Shown piece by piece: positions 1 to 13,700 of a DNA stretch of 64,000 bases. The notes under the pieces were generated by a model that saw nothing but the letters and a program-made list of their open reading frames with translations, did not search any database and was not told the DNA's origin. This stretch comes from Macrostomum lignano (Eukaryota), in the NCBI GenBank assembly GCA_002269645.1, contig NIVC01001870.1:1-64000 (forward strand), in the 5' to 3' direction. Made by a program: the position numbers and the translations under genes. Position 1 is the first letter of the stretch. Each line of letters starts with the position of its first letter.

Positions 1-219
1 TGGGAGACACAAATTTGGAGACGAAAAGAAAATTTGACAATAATAAGAAAAGAACATTTGTTTATAGTCTTATTAAATTTTTCAATAGAATTGCATTAGG
101 TTTAATCAATGTATAATAAATTTCCATTTTAATTTAGTTTGCTTTTTCCCTTCCTTATCCAATGTTTTTACATTATCAAAAAACATATTTATTAAATTAG
201 ATGCTGACCATTTTGGCAA

Positions 220-556
220 GGCAGTGCTTATCCCACGGTACCGTAGGAATAATTTCTGTCTTATTCCAACAGTACCGTGCAATAATTTTCTGCTTATCCG
301 CATGGCACGCAATTTAAATCATTTGTTACTACACAAAAAAATTCTTTCTCATAGAAAAGTCCTTAAATCTTTATTTCTTTAGAACAAATGTTCAAGCCAA
401 GTTATGTTGTTATACTGCACTCAAATTGTATACTAAACTTCCCACACGGCAGCTATCTCATCAGTGTGCCATGCGGAAAAGCAGAAAATTATTTGCACGG
501 TACCGTTGGAATAAGACAGAAATTATTCCTACAGTACCGTGGGGATAAGCACTGCC
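220..556. mobile_element. MITE, Mutator/MULE-like (about 89-bp TIRs, 9-bp TSD)
   Basis: 220-308 (ggcagtgcttatccc...ccgcatggcac) is a near-perfect inverted repeat of 466-556. It is flanked by a direct repeat ttttggcaa at 211-219 and 557-565. Removing the element restores gaccattttggcaaaagac, matching the intact motif at about 601-620. A 9-bp TSD with long G-initiated TIRs is typical of MULEs. Confidence 0.8.
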
Positions 557-1959
557 TTTTGGCAAAAGACTACTTCACTCTTCAGCAAAGCCAAAGCCAA
601 GGCCATTTTGGCAAAAGACCATTTTGGAAAATCCACTTTGGCAAAAGCAGTGACCACTTTGGCCAAGTCTATGGAACTTAATAAAATATTTGTTTAATAA
701 AACAAGACAATGAAGTACTAGCACAAGTCTATGTCTAGCAAAGAAAATGATCTTCTTTTCTTATAATATTGACTCATTGAGTTAATCTTACTACAATAGA
801 AATATTAGATTCCATTTTAAGTGAACAAAGAATCCAAAAATCAATATTTAAACTAATTTCTTAGTACTTTATAGATTAAATCTGACATTATAGAGTACAA
901 GAAATTTAATAAATTAGAAAATAGGAAATTATGATTAAAAAAGCAATAAAAGCATAATAATATTAATAATAAATAAGCATAATAAATTAAATACTATTAA
1001 CATTCAAATATATAAAGTTAAATAAATAATATTATATTGTGTACTAAAGTAATCATTGCATTTACCAAATTAGATTCTCTAAAATGGTATTTTGCCAATG
1101 TGGCTTTGCCAAAGTGGGCTTTTGCCAAAACTATTAAATCTATTACAAAATATATTTTTTACTTTTTCCCCTTATCTTTACTTATACATATTTAAACATA
1201 GATGTAATATTGCTAATCAGATAATAAGGCATTAAGCCTTGATAATATAGTCATAGTTATTCCTACCACTCATTAAAGTATGATAATCTTTGCTTTAGGG
1301 TTTTTTATAGGTAGGCCCTAAGTCACATTTTTGATCAAAAAGTAAGTTGCATGGCTAGCTTACTAAAATTTTGAAGTTTGATATGTACAAATAAAAAAAA
1401 TTAGAATTTTCATTCTAGCAGATATCTACAATGATTTAGAGCCTTTTTTACAGCCAATGACCATTGTTATAGACAGTTGTCTTATGTAGATAGTAGATTG
1501 GTCCTTAGAAGTTGCATGACATGCAGCAATTAGTACTATATATGGCAATGGCATAGCATATAAGGTAGTAGCATAGGGCAGGTACATAAGGAAGAAGGCA
1601 CAAATGACTACCAAATCTCTGATCCTTAGGACTTATACTGGCATAGTCAAATGTAAAAAAGGAGGGCATCCTGTGTATTTTAGACTTTGGCTACAAAAGG
1701 GATCTGTCTTATGCTTTCAAAAATGCTATTTTTGCAAGAAATTCTTATATGTAATAAGGTCCTAGGTAGTTTAGTACCATATGCATAGTGTGTACCACTG
1801 TTAGTAGTCATTTTACAAGCCCAAATTTTAATAATGTTGAAAGAAACTGTCTTATAAGCTTCAAATTTCACAATGGAAAAATATTTAAAATATTTAAAAT
1901 ACTAAAAAATTGCATGAGTATATGAGCTACCAAAGTACTTTTAGCTGCATAGGCAAGAT

Positions 1960-3385
1960 GGGTGACTCCTGGGTCAGATAGGTGACTGCTGTGTCATGTG
2001 GGTGACTCCTGGTCAGGTAGGTGTGTCCTGTGTTATGTGGGTGACTCCTGGTCAGGTAGGTGACTCCTGTGACATGTGGGTGACTGCTGGGTTAGGTAGG
2101 TGACTCCTGTGTCAGGTGGGTGACTCCTGGGTCAGGTGGGTGACTCCTGGGTCAGGTGGGTGACTCCTGGGTCAGGTAGGTGACTCCTGTGTCAGGTGGG
2201 TGACTCCTGGGTCAGGTGGGTGACTCCTGGATCAGCTAGGTGACTCCTGTGTCAGCTAGGTGACTCATGTGTCAGGTAGATGGCTCCTATGTCAGCTAGG
2301 TGACTCCTATGTCAGCTAGGTGACTCATGTGTCAGGTAGATGGCTCCTATGTCAGCTAGGTGACTCCTATGTCAGCTAGGTGACTCCTGTGTCAGCTAGG
2401 TGACTCTTGTGTCAGGTAGATGGCTCCTATGTCAGCTAGGTGACTCCTATGTCAGCTAGGTGACTCCTGTGTCAGCTAGGTGACTCTTGTGTCAGGTAGA
2501 TGGCTCCTATGTCAGCTAGGTGACTCCTATGTCAGCTAGGTGACTCCTGTGTCAGCTAGGTGACTCTTGTGTCAGGTAGATGGCTCCTATGTCAGCTAGG
2601 TGACTCCTGTGTCAGGTAGGTGACTCCTGTGTCAGGTAGGTGACTCCTGTGTCAGGTAGATGGCTCCTATGTCAGCTAGGTGACTCCTATGTCAGCTAGG
2701 TGACTCCTGTGTCAGCTAGGTGACTCTTGTGTCAGGTAGATGGCTCCTATGTCAGCTAGGTGACTCCTGTGTCAGGTAGGTGACTCCTGTGTCAGGTAGG
2801 TGACTCTTGTGTCAGGTAGATGGCTCCTATGTCAGCTAGGTGACTCCTATGTCAGCTAGGTGACTCCTGTGTCAGCTAGGTGACTCTTGTGTCAGGTAGA
2901 TGGCCCTATGTCAGCTAGGTGACTCCTGTGTCAGGTAGGTGACTCCTATGTCAGCTAGGTGACTCCTGTGTCAGGTAGGTGACTCCTGTGTCAGGTAGGT
3001 GACTCCTGTGTCAGGTAGATGGCTCCTATGTCAGCTAGGTGACTCCTATGTCAGCTAGGTGACTCCTGTGTCAGCTAGGTGACTCTTGTGTCAGGTAGAT
3101 GGCTCCTATGTCAGCTAGGTGACTCCTGTGTCAGGTAGGTGACTCCTGTGTCAGGTAGGTGACTCCTGTGTCAGGTAGATGGCTCCTATGTCAGCTAGGT
3201 GACTCCTATGTCAGCTAGGTGACTCCTGTGTCAGCTAGGTGACTCTTGTGTCAGGTAGATGGCTCCTATGTCAGCTAGGTGACTCCTGTGTCAGGTAGGT
3301 GACTCCTGTGTCAGGTAGGTGACTCCTGTGTCAGTTGGGTGACTCCTGTGTCAGGTCGTTTACTTCTGTCCTCCTGGGTGACTCC
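1960..3385. repeat. 20-bp minisatellite (ggtgactcctrtgtcagsta) with higher-order variants
   Basis: About 70 tandem 20-bp units read directly; the array ends about 85 bp before the RhoGAP ATG. Confidence 0.95.
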
Positions 3386-3468
3386 CGGGTAGATTGACCC
3401 TCGGGTTTCATTAATATGATCTACAACTGCGACTATTTCAAAAAGATCGATTTAATAATTTATTTAGA

Positions 3469-4757
3469 ATGAGTCCAAGCGCCAATCACGGCGGCGGCGC
3501 TAATGCTATTAGTTCTGGTGGTGCAAGTGCCACCAACCAGCTGACTTCATCGTCGGCAGCTTCAACAACAACAACAACAACAACAGGAGCAGCAGCAGCA
3601 GCAGCAGGCCCAGCTCCAGGAGGCAGTGGCGATCAAAATCTGGAGTCAGCTAATAGCGCATCAGAATTGTCAGCTTTGCCAGATCAATGCCAACAAGTTG
3701 AAGATACTATCGAACCGTTGCGTCTGGCCCTAGAAAAGATTAGCAAGCGAACAGATAAATGTTTAGTTAGGAAACAACCTGAGGAGGCTTTGAGAGAAGC
3801 TTTTCAACAGTCTGCTGAGTCAATGCGGACTAGGAGCAATCTGTTTGACTGCGTGTTGGACGGCCTGGCGGAGACTGAGGCCGAGTTGATGCAGCGTCGC
3901 GGCGAGCTCAATGATGGAATGACTAAGTAAGTGCTATGGTATCTATGGTCATACATGCGCAACCTTGGGAATTACTCGGCCGTTTCTGTTGGCAACACAC
4001 ACATGTAAGTCGCTATTGGCTGAGAGCAGTCACGTGACTACTTTTCCGTCCAATAGCGACTTACATGTGTGTGTTGCCAATAGAAACGGCCGGGTGAATC
4101 CCTAGGTTGTGCCCAAGCATGTCTATGGTTCCTAGAAATGTTATTTGAATTGGCATTTTTCCGGTGTAAGATTAAGCAATTCTTAACAAATGAGATTGAG
4201 GCGAGGCGATTCTTAACAAATGAGATTGAGGCGATTCTTAGCGCGAGATTCGATTCTTATAGTGAGATTAGGGTAAATCTTAGGAGTGAGATTGGGCGAT
4301 TCTTAGGAGTGAGATTTGAGTAAATCTTAGGGGTGAGATTGGAACGATTCTTAGGGTGCGATTAAAGCAATTCTTAGGGGTGAGATTAGTGCGATTTTAG
4401 AGTGAGATTAGGGTAAATCTTAGGGGTGAGATTGGAACGATTCTTAGGGTGAGATTGGACCGATTCTTAGGGGTGAGATTGGAGCTATTCCTAAAGAGAT
4501 GAGAAAGGGTGTTCTTACAGATCGGATCAGTTTTTAGTCATAAAAGCTGATAATTACCTTGATAATAGTGGCAATGTCACGCTTAACACCGTTAATCAAA
4601 CATGCACTCCCTCGCAGGTGGGCAGCGGGCCTGCGCGATCGGGAACGCCGACTGGTGGATCTTCAACAGCAGCGGCGCAGCCTGAATAGACTGGGCGCTG
4701 ATCTTGCCAAGCTAAGGCGCCGTTTAGCACACGCGATGCAGAAGCAGCAGTCTGCTA

Positions 4758-4794
<37 letters not shown>

Positions 4795-7700
4795 AGGCGG
4801 TAGCGGCACTGTGTCCGACGCTGTTGGTAAGATTGGCTCGTGTTTCTCAAGCTTCCAAAGCTGATTGTTAATATTTTTGTCTCAAAGCACGTATATTATA
4901 CAGTAATTGTACAGTAAGTCCGTAATCTCTTAAGAATTACCCTAATCTTACCCTAAGAATTACCTCAATCTCACTACAAGAATTACCCCAATCTCACCCC
5001 AAGAATTACCCCAATCTTACCCTAAGAATTACCTCAATCCCACCCTAAGAATTACCCTAATCTCATCCCTAAAAGTCGCCCTAATCGCTCTCAAGAAGTA
5101 CTCCAATCTCACCCTCAAGAATTGGTTCAATCTCAACATCTAACAATCTATCTAATCTCACCCCAAAGAATCGGTCCAATCTCACCCTCTAGCAGTCTAT
5201 CCAATGTCACTCTAAGAATCGGGTCCAATCTCACCCTCTAGCAGTCTATCCAATGTCACTCTAAGAATCGGTCCAATCTCACCCTCTAGCAGTCTATCCA
5301 ATGTCACTCTAAGAATCGGTCCAATCTCACCCTCTAGCAGTTTATCCAATGTCACTCTAAGAATCGGTCCAATCTCACCCTCTAGCAGTCTATCCAATGT
5401 CACTCTAAGAATCGGTCCAATCTCACCCTCTAGCAGTCTATCCAATGTCACTCTAAGAATCGGGTCCAATCTCACCCTCTAGCAGTCTATCCAATGTCAC
5501 TCTAAGAATCGGTCCAAACTCACTCTCTAGCAGTCTATCCAATGTCACTCTAAGAATCGGTCCAATCTCACCCTCTAGCAGTCTATCCAATGTCACTCTA
5601 AGAATCGGGTCCAATCTCACCCTCTAGCAGTCTATCCAATGTCACTCTAAGAATCGGTCCAATCTCACCCTCTAGCAGTCTATCCAATGTCACTCTAAGA
5701 ATCGGTCCAATCTCACCCTCTAGCAGTCTATCCAATGTCACTCTAAGAATCGGTCCAATCTCACCCTCTAGCAGTCTATCCAATGTCACTCTAAGAATCG
5801 GTCCAATCTCACCCTCTAGCAGTCTATCCAATGTCACTCTAAGAATCGGGTCCAATCTCACCCTCTAGCAGTCTATCCAATGTCACTCTAAGAAACGGTC
5901 CAATCTCACCTTCTAGCAGTCTGTCCAATGTCACTCTAAGAACCGGTCCAATCTCACCTTCTAGCAGTCTATCCAATGTCACTCTAAGAATCGGTCCAAT
6001 CTCACCCTCTAGCAGTCTATCCAATGTCACTCTAAGAATCGGTCCAATCTCACCCTCTAGCAGTCTATCCAATGTCACTCTAAGAATCGGATCCAATCTC
6101 ACCCTATACGAGTCTATCCAATGTCACTCTAAGAATCGGGTCCAATCTCACCCTATACGAGTCTATCCAATGTCACTCTAAGAATCGGTCCAATCTCACC
6201 CTATACGAGTCTATCCAATGTCACTCTAAGAATCGGTCCAATCTCACCCTATACGAGTCTATCCAATGTCACTCTAAGAATCGGTCCAATCTCACCCTAT
6301 ACGAGTCTATCCAATTTCACTCTAAGAATCGGGTCCAATCTCACCCTATACGAGTCTATCCAATGTCACTCTAAGAATCGGTCCAATCTCACCCTATACG
6401 AGTCTATCCAATGTCACTCTAACAATCGGTCCAATCTCACCCTATACGAGTCTATCCAATGTCACTCTAACAATCGGTCCAATCTCACCCTCCGCTATCC
6501 GCAGGCGAGCTCCAGCTAGAGGTGTCCACCCGAGAGAACGAGGAGCGCAAGGAGCGAGACTCCTACATTGTGCAGCTGAACTCTCTGCAAGGCGAGAAGC
6601 CGGCGCACTGCCAGCAGCTGCTACAGCTGATGCAGGCCAGACTGGATTATCACTCGGCTTGCGCCCGGCATCTGCAACAGCAGCTGCCCAAGCTGCAATC
6701 CGAGGTGGCTAGAATTACCAGACTGTCTGGGCCGTGCTACGGCACCCCGCTGGGCGATCATCTGTCTAGGACTGGGCGCCGTATAGCCTACGTTATCGAT
6801 GTGTGCACCGCCGCTCTTCGACGGGACGATATTATGGATGAGGAGGTGAATTGTGGATTTAATAATAGAAACTGGACTGCTGCATAGAGGATCAGGCAGT
6901 TAAGTGGTTGTAAATATCGTCACTGTAGATAAAGAAGTTAGAAATTAAGGGGATTCCCTTAATGTGTTCAAGAAACTTAGCGATTTTTTGGAATTTCACA
7001 GTTCCGGATTTCTGGGATTCCCCAATCAATAATCTGGAAGTTAGTAGGAATTTCCAGGATTCCGCAATCAATAATCTGGAAGCTAGTAGGGATTTCCAGG
7101 ATTCCGCAATCAATAATCTGGAAGCTAGTAGGAATTTCCAGGATTCCGCAATCAATAATCTGGAAGATAGTAGGGATTTCCAGGATTCCGCAATCAATAA
7201 TCTGGAAGCTAGTAGGAATTTCCAGGATTCCGCAATCAATAATCTGGAAGATAGTAGGGATTTCCAGGATTCCGCAATCAATAATCTGAAAGCTAGTAGG
7301 GATTTCCAGGATTTCGCAATCAATAATCTGGAAGCTAGTAGGGATTTCCAGGATTCCGCAATCAATAATCTGAAAGCTAGTAGGGATTTCCAGGATTCCG
7401 CAATCAAGGATCTGGAAGCTAGTAGGGATTTCGCGGATTTCCCAATAAAGAATCTGGAAGTTGGAAAGGATTTACGGGATTTTCCAATCAAGAAATTAAA
7501 GGTTGTTAGTAGGGATTTCCGAGATTCCCCAATCAAGGATCGGATAGTTAGTAGTCCTTAAGATTTGTTATAATTCTCAAAAACCTCGTTCATTTAACAC
7601 CATCGCAGGGCTTATTCCGCGTTAACGGGCCAACCAGTTCAGTGCAGAAGCTGGAGTCATTCCTAGACGTGATGCAAGCAGAATCAGAAATCCATCGCTA

Positions 7701-10700
7701 CGACAGTGCTTCTATATGTGGCGCATTGAAAAAGTATTTGAAGCAGCTGCCCGAGCCTCTGATTGGTCAGTCTCTGCTGCCGGAATGGAAGAAGGCTTGC
7801 GCATTTTCCAGCTCAGACGAGCGGCGCATGGCTCTGCACAGCTGCTGCTCAGAATTGCAACGTAGGCAGCCGCAATATTTCGACAATTTGCGACATTTAA
7901 TTAAATTTCTAGCGCTAGTCTGCGACAGACAGGAGCGCAATAAAATGTCGCCTAAAAATCTTGGCATCTGCATTGGACCGAATATTGTTGGCACACTGGC
8001 CCAGCAGCTTCAGGTGAGAGTCTTTCTTTGTAAGAATAGCTTTGCCATTCTCAAGCCTAAATATTGAACCACATCTACCAGGTAATTTATAGTGCCGCTC
8101 TAGTCTCCCCCTAAGAATTGCTTCAATCTCTCCCTTAGAATTGTCCCAATCTCACCCATGAGAATCTTCCCAATCTCACCCTTGAGAATCTTCCCAATCT
8201 CACCCTTGAGAATATTTCCAATCTCACCCCTAAGAATTGCCCCAATCTCACCCTTGAGAATCGCCCTAGTTTCACCCCTAAGAATCGCTTCAATCTCACC
8301 CCTAAGAATTACCCGAATCTTTCCCTTAGAATCGCTTCAATCTCACCCCTAAGAATTGCCCCAATCTCACCCCAAGGAATTTCCCTAATCTCACCCTTGA
8401 GAATCGCCCTAGTCTCACCCCTAAGAATCGCTTCAATCTCACCCCTAAGAATTGCCCTAATCTCACCCTTAGAATCGCTTCAATCTCACCCCTAAGAATT
8501 GCCCCCATCTCACCCCAAGGAATTTCCCTAATCCCACCCTTGAGAATCGCCCTAGTGTCACCCCTAAGAATCGCCCTAGTCTCACCCCTAAGAATCGCCC
8601 AAATCTCACCCTTAGAATCGCTTCAATCTCACCCCTAAGAATTGCCCCAATCTCACCCTTGAGAATCGCCCTAGTTTCACCCCTAAGAATTGCCCGAATC
8701 TCACCCTTAGAATCGCTTCAATCTCACCCCTAAGAATTGCCCCAATCTCACCCCAAGGAATTTCCCTAATCTCACCCTTGAGAATCGCCCTAGTCTCACC
8801 CCTCAGAATCGCTTCAATCTCACTCCTAAGAATCGCTTCAATCTGACCCCTAAGAATTGCCCTAATCTCACCCTTAGAATCGCTTCAATCTCACCCCTAA
8901 GAATTGCCCCCATCTCACCCCAAGGAATTTCCCCAATCTCACCCTTGAGAATATTTCCAATCTCACCCCTAAGAATTGCCCCAATCTCACCCTTGAGAAT
9001 CGCCCTAGTTTCACCCCTAAGAATCGCTTCAATCTCACTCCTAAGAATCGCTTCAATCTCACCCCTAAGAATTACCCGAATCTTTCCCTTAGAATCGCTT
9101 CAATCTCACCCCTAAGAATTGCCCCAATCTCACCCCAAGGAATTTCCCTAATCTCACCCTTGAGAATCGCCCTAGTCTCACCCCTAAGAATCGCTTCAAT
9201 CTCACCCCTAAGAATTGCCCTAATCTCACCCTTAGAATCGCTTCAATCTCACCCCTAAGAATTGCCCCCATCTCACCCCAAGGAATTTCCCTAATCCCAC
9301 CCTTGAGAATCGCCCTAGTGTCACCCCTAAGAATCGCCCTAGTCTCACCCCTAAGAATCGCCCAAATCTCACCCTTAGAATCGCTTCAATCTCACCCCTA
9401 AGAATTGCCCCAATCTCACCCTTGAGAATCGCCCTAGTTTCACCCCTAAGAATTGCCCGAATCTCACCCTTAGAATCGCTTCAATCTCACCCCTAAGAAT
9501 TGCCCCAATCTCACCCAAGGAATTTCCCTAATCTCACCCTTGAGAATCGCCCTAGTCTCACCCCTCAGAATCGCTTCAATCTCACTCCTAAGAATCGCTT
9601 CAATCTGACCCCTAAGAATTGCCCTAATCTCACCCTTAGAATCGCTTCAATCTCACCCTAAGAATTGCCCCCATCTCACCCCAAGGAATTTCCCTAATCT
9701 CACCCTTGAGAATCGCCCTAGTCTCACCCCTAAGAATCACTTCAATCTCAACCCTAAGAATCGCTTCAATCTCACCCCTAACAATCGCTTCAATCTTACC
9801 CCTAAGAATCACTTCAATCTCAACCCTAAGAATCGCTTCAATCTCACCCCTAACAATCGCTTCAATCTTACCCCTAAGAACCGCCCCAATCTCACCACCC
9901 CTAAAAATCGCCCCAATCTCACCCCTACTAGCCGCTACAATGTTATCTAGCGCAGCTAAACCCTATAATTTCTGTTCCCTCTGTACCGTCAGAGCGCCTC
10001 CAGTGGCGCCACTTTCCCGGCGTCTGCATCGGGCGCCAACGGCTCAGGAGCGCCGCCCAACTACGACGATTTGCATAGCGCCAATTTGGGCACCCTGATA
10101 GTCGAGAATCTCATTGTGCATCACGACTTCTGCTTTGGTAGCGAAGGTAAGCCTGCCTATGTCTCTGGTTGTTGATGTTTCTCTTTGGTATCATCCAAAT
10201 TCTTCCCAGCTGAAGGCTGCGTACGGCTGTTCAGTCCAAGGACTGGGGGGTCGCCACACAGCCTCAGTTACCCCATCTAATGCTGGCACCCATTTTACAG
10301 CTGGGGGAACTGAAGCAATGCAGAGTTAAGTGTCTTTCTCAAGGACAAAAATTGTTCCGAGTGGATCTCGAGAATCGAACCCCCGACCTTTCAGTCGTGA
10401 GCCCGATGCTCTAACCACTAGGCTACAAAGTTCTTGTTATTTTCTGTCTGATATCGTCTTCTGCACAGCAACTTAGTTGGAATCGAGCCCTGTACCACAC
10501 GGATTTATTGTTCCTTTTTTATCGCGCTGTTAAAATTATTGAGAAGACAGAAGTGCATGATGTCAATAATCCTATGCATAATATGATAATTCATTTTTGT
10601 AAACTATGAGTGATGCAAATGAAGTAAGGAAAAGGGTCTGTATTTATAATACGTGCCCGCCCATTGAGACGTTAGCGGGATTGCCCTGTATATGGCAGTC

Positions 10701-13700
10701 TATTGCATATAGGCAATACAACTTGATTAGCATATCATTATCATAATATTAATAGTTGAATAAATATTTGTTTTTTGTTGCATAAAAATAAGTTTGACTA
10801 GCAATGGTAGTTGTTTGGGGTAATTTAAGCACTAAATATTTATTGCAAACATATTTTTCTCTCATTGCATAAATCGAATGTCTGGTTAAAGAATAGTATT
10901 TCTTGATATACTTTTGACAAGATGTTTTTGTCATTTTTTCAGTAAAATTTTATAGGTTTTTTAACTTTGATGCAAACTTATAGAATATTTGAGATTTCGT
11001 TGAATAGGGATAAAATTATCTAGCTAATCGCGAATCAATTTGTCTGGGATCGGGGATTTCATAATTTGGGATCAAATTATCTCTGGGATCTAGGATTTTA
11101 TAATTGGGGATCAAATTATCTGGGATCGGGGATTTTATAATTGAAGATCAAATTATCTTTAGGATCGGGAATTTAATAATTGGCGTTCAAATTATCTGTG
11201 ATTTGGGATTTCATAGTTAGGGATCAACTTATCGGGGAACCTGGGATTTAATAGTATTTTTTGTAGATTAAATTAAAATCTTTATTTTTTTAGAAATACA
11301 TATTCGAAATGCTGCCTCGTGTTATTTTGCGCACTTTTGTCCGTCATGTCAGCTGATAATTTCTCCTCTCTCTCTCCCTCTTCATCCCCGCCTCCTCTCC
11401 AACCCTGCTCTGTGTCTTTGCCACTGCCCCCGCTCGCGCACCACGAACATAGACCCAACTCCGCTACCGGTAGCTCCAATGGGCAGCCTGACAAATCGAA
11501 GTCAGCATCACCAGCAGCATCATCCGTTTCGTCGCGACTCCGAGCGAAGCCTCGGTTCGACGTCATTCGCCTCGTCAACGGCAGCAACCAGCGGCGCCGG
11601 CCACACGGAGCCGGGCACGCCTACTAACTTCGATTCTGCTGGGGCCGGAGGAAAATTTTCTACGAAAAGTTTCCACACGGATCTGTACGACACGGCGTTC
11701 ACGTTGCACGCCCTGCGCAGTAACGGTGTTGCCGCGGCGGCTGACGCTGCCGCCACTGCATCCTCAGTTAATACCGAAGCTCACCAGCATCGGCCTCATC
11801 CACAGCAGCATCAGCATCATCGATTAGATCGATCCCTAGGCAGATTAGATCGACCATTGACCGCCGCTACTGTGCCATCATCGGCTGCGGCAACTGCGAC
11901 AGGAACCACTACTCACGATTTTGTTAAACAAGCTCGAAGCATATTTGAAGGGCATTTATTAAAATCCGCCTCGTTGGGCGCGGCTACTAATAGTAGTAGC
12001 GGTAATAGCCCGGCTGGCACTAATGTGGATAGTCCGAGACTCACCAGATTTAAAGGTTCTTTATTTATTATATTTTCTCTGTGTTTCCTTTTCTTTCAGT
12101 TCTATACCTTCCTTTGTTGTTTCTCGCTCAAATGCTTATCGTTGTTACAGGGTTTAAAGGATCACTTGAGACATTAGGTGTCAGAGGCTGACATTGAGTG
12201 TCATGATATTGGGTTTCTGAGAGTGCCATTGAGTGCCAGAGTGACATTGAGTGTGATGGAGGAATATTGGGTTTCTGAGAGTGACATTGAGTGTCAGAGA
12301 GTGACATTGAGTGTCAGAGAGTGATATTGAGTGTTAGAGAGTGACATTCAATGTCAGAGAGTGACATTGAGTGTCAGAGAGTGGCATTCAGTGTCAGAGA
12401 GTGACATTCAGTGTCAGAGAGTGATATTGAGTGTTAGAGAGTGACATTCAGTGTCAGAGAGTGACATTGAGTGTCAGAGAGTGATATTGAGTGTTAGAGA
12501 GTGATATTGAGTGTCAGAGAGTGACATTGAGTGTCAGAGAGTGGCATTCAGTGTCAGAGAGTGATATTGAGTGTTAGAGAGTGATATTGAGTGTCAGAGA
12601 GTGACATTCAGTGTCAGAGAGTGATATTGAGTGTTAGAGAGTGACATTCAGTGTCAGAGAGTGACATTCAGTGTCAGAGAGTGACATTCAGTGTCAGAGA
12701 GTGACATTGAGTGTTAGAGAGTGACATTGAGTGTTAGAGAGTGATATTGAGTGTTAGAGAGTGACATTCAGTGTCAGAGAGTGACATTGAGTGTTAGAGA
12801 GTGACATTGAGTGTTAGAGAGTGATATTGAGTGTCAGAGAGTGACATTCAGTGTCAGAGAGTGACATTCAGTGTCAGAGAGTGACATTCAGTGTCAGAGA
12901 GTGACATCAAGTGTCATAGAATCAAATTGGGTGGCAGGGAGTCACATTGTCAAAGAGCGATATTATGTGTCAGTTTTACGACTTTAGATGTCAACTGGCA
13001 ATGTTAGACGTCAGAGATGCAAATTAAATAGCTGGTCAGAGGGCTCGTCTATTATTTTTCTCTTTCTTTATCTAGACACAAGTCCGTATCGTTGTGCCTT
13101 TAAGACTGCCGTCTTTGATGTTGTGAATTGGTTTAATTTTTGTAGCTAGATGTCTGAACCTTGCATTATTACTCGTAATTAATCGCTTTTGGCAGGCTTG
13201 CATCTAAGCTATCTTGTGTTTTGCTTTGGCTTAGGTAGAAGCTGTTTAATTATCTCTTTGTTTTCCTTTACTTTTCATAGTTCATTCGCCTATGTGAAAT
13301 CAAGAGCTTCCATCTAACTAACATGAGAGAGGCCTTCAGATAATATCCTTTATCATCGCCAACCCCCTATCCACCTCACTTCACACCCACCCGAATCCAC
13401 CCCACTCTAAACCCACCCCAATCCACCCCACTCCACACCCACCCGAATCCACCCCACTCTAAACCCACCCCAATCCACCCCACTCCACACCCACCCGAAT
13501 CCACCCCAATCCACCCCACTCCACACCCACCCCAATCCACCCCACTCCACACCCACCCCTATCCACCCCACTTCACACCCACCCGAATCCACCCCACTCC
13601 ACACCCACCCCAATCCACCCCACTTCGCACCCACCCGAATCCACCCCACTCCACACCCACCCCAATCCACCCCAATCCACCCCACTTCACACCCACCCCA

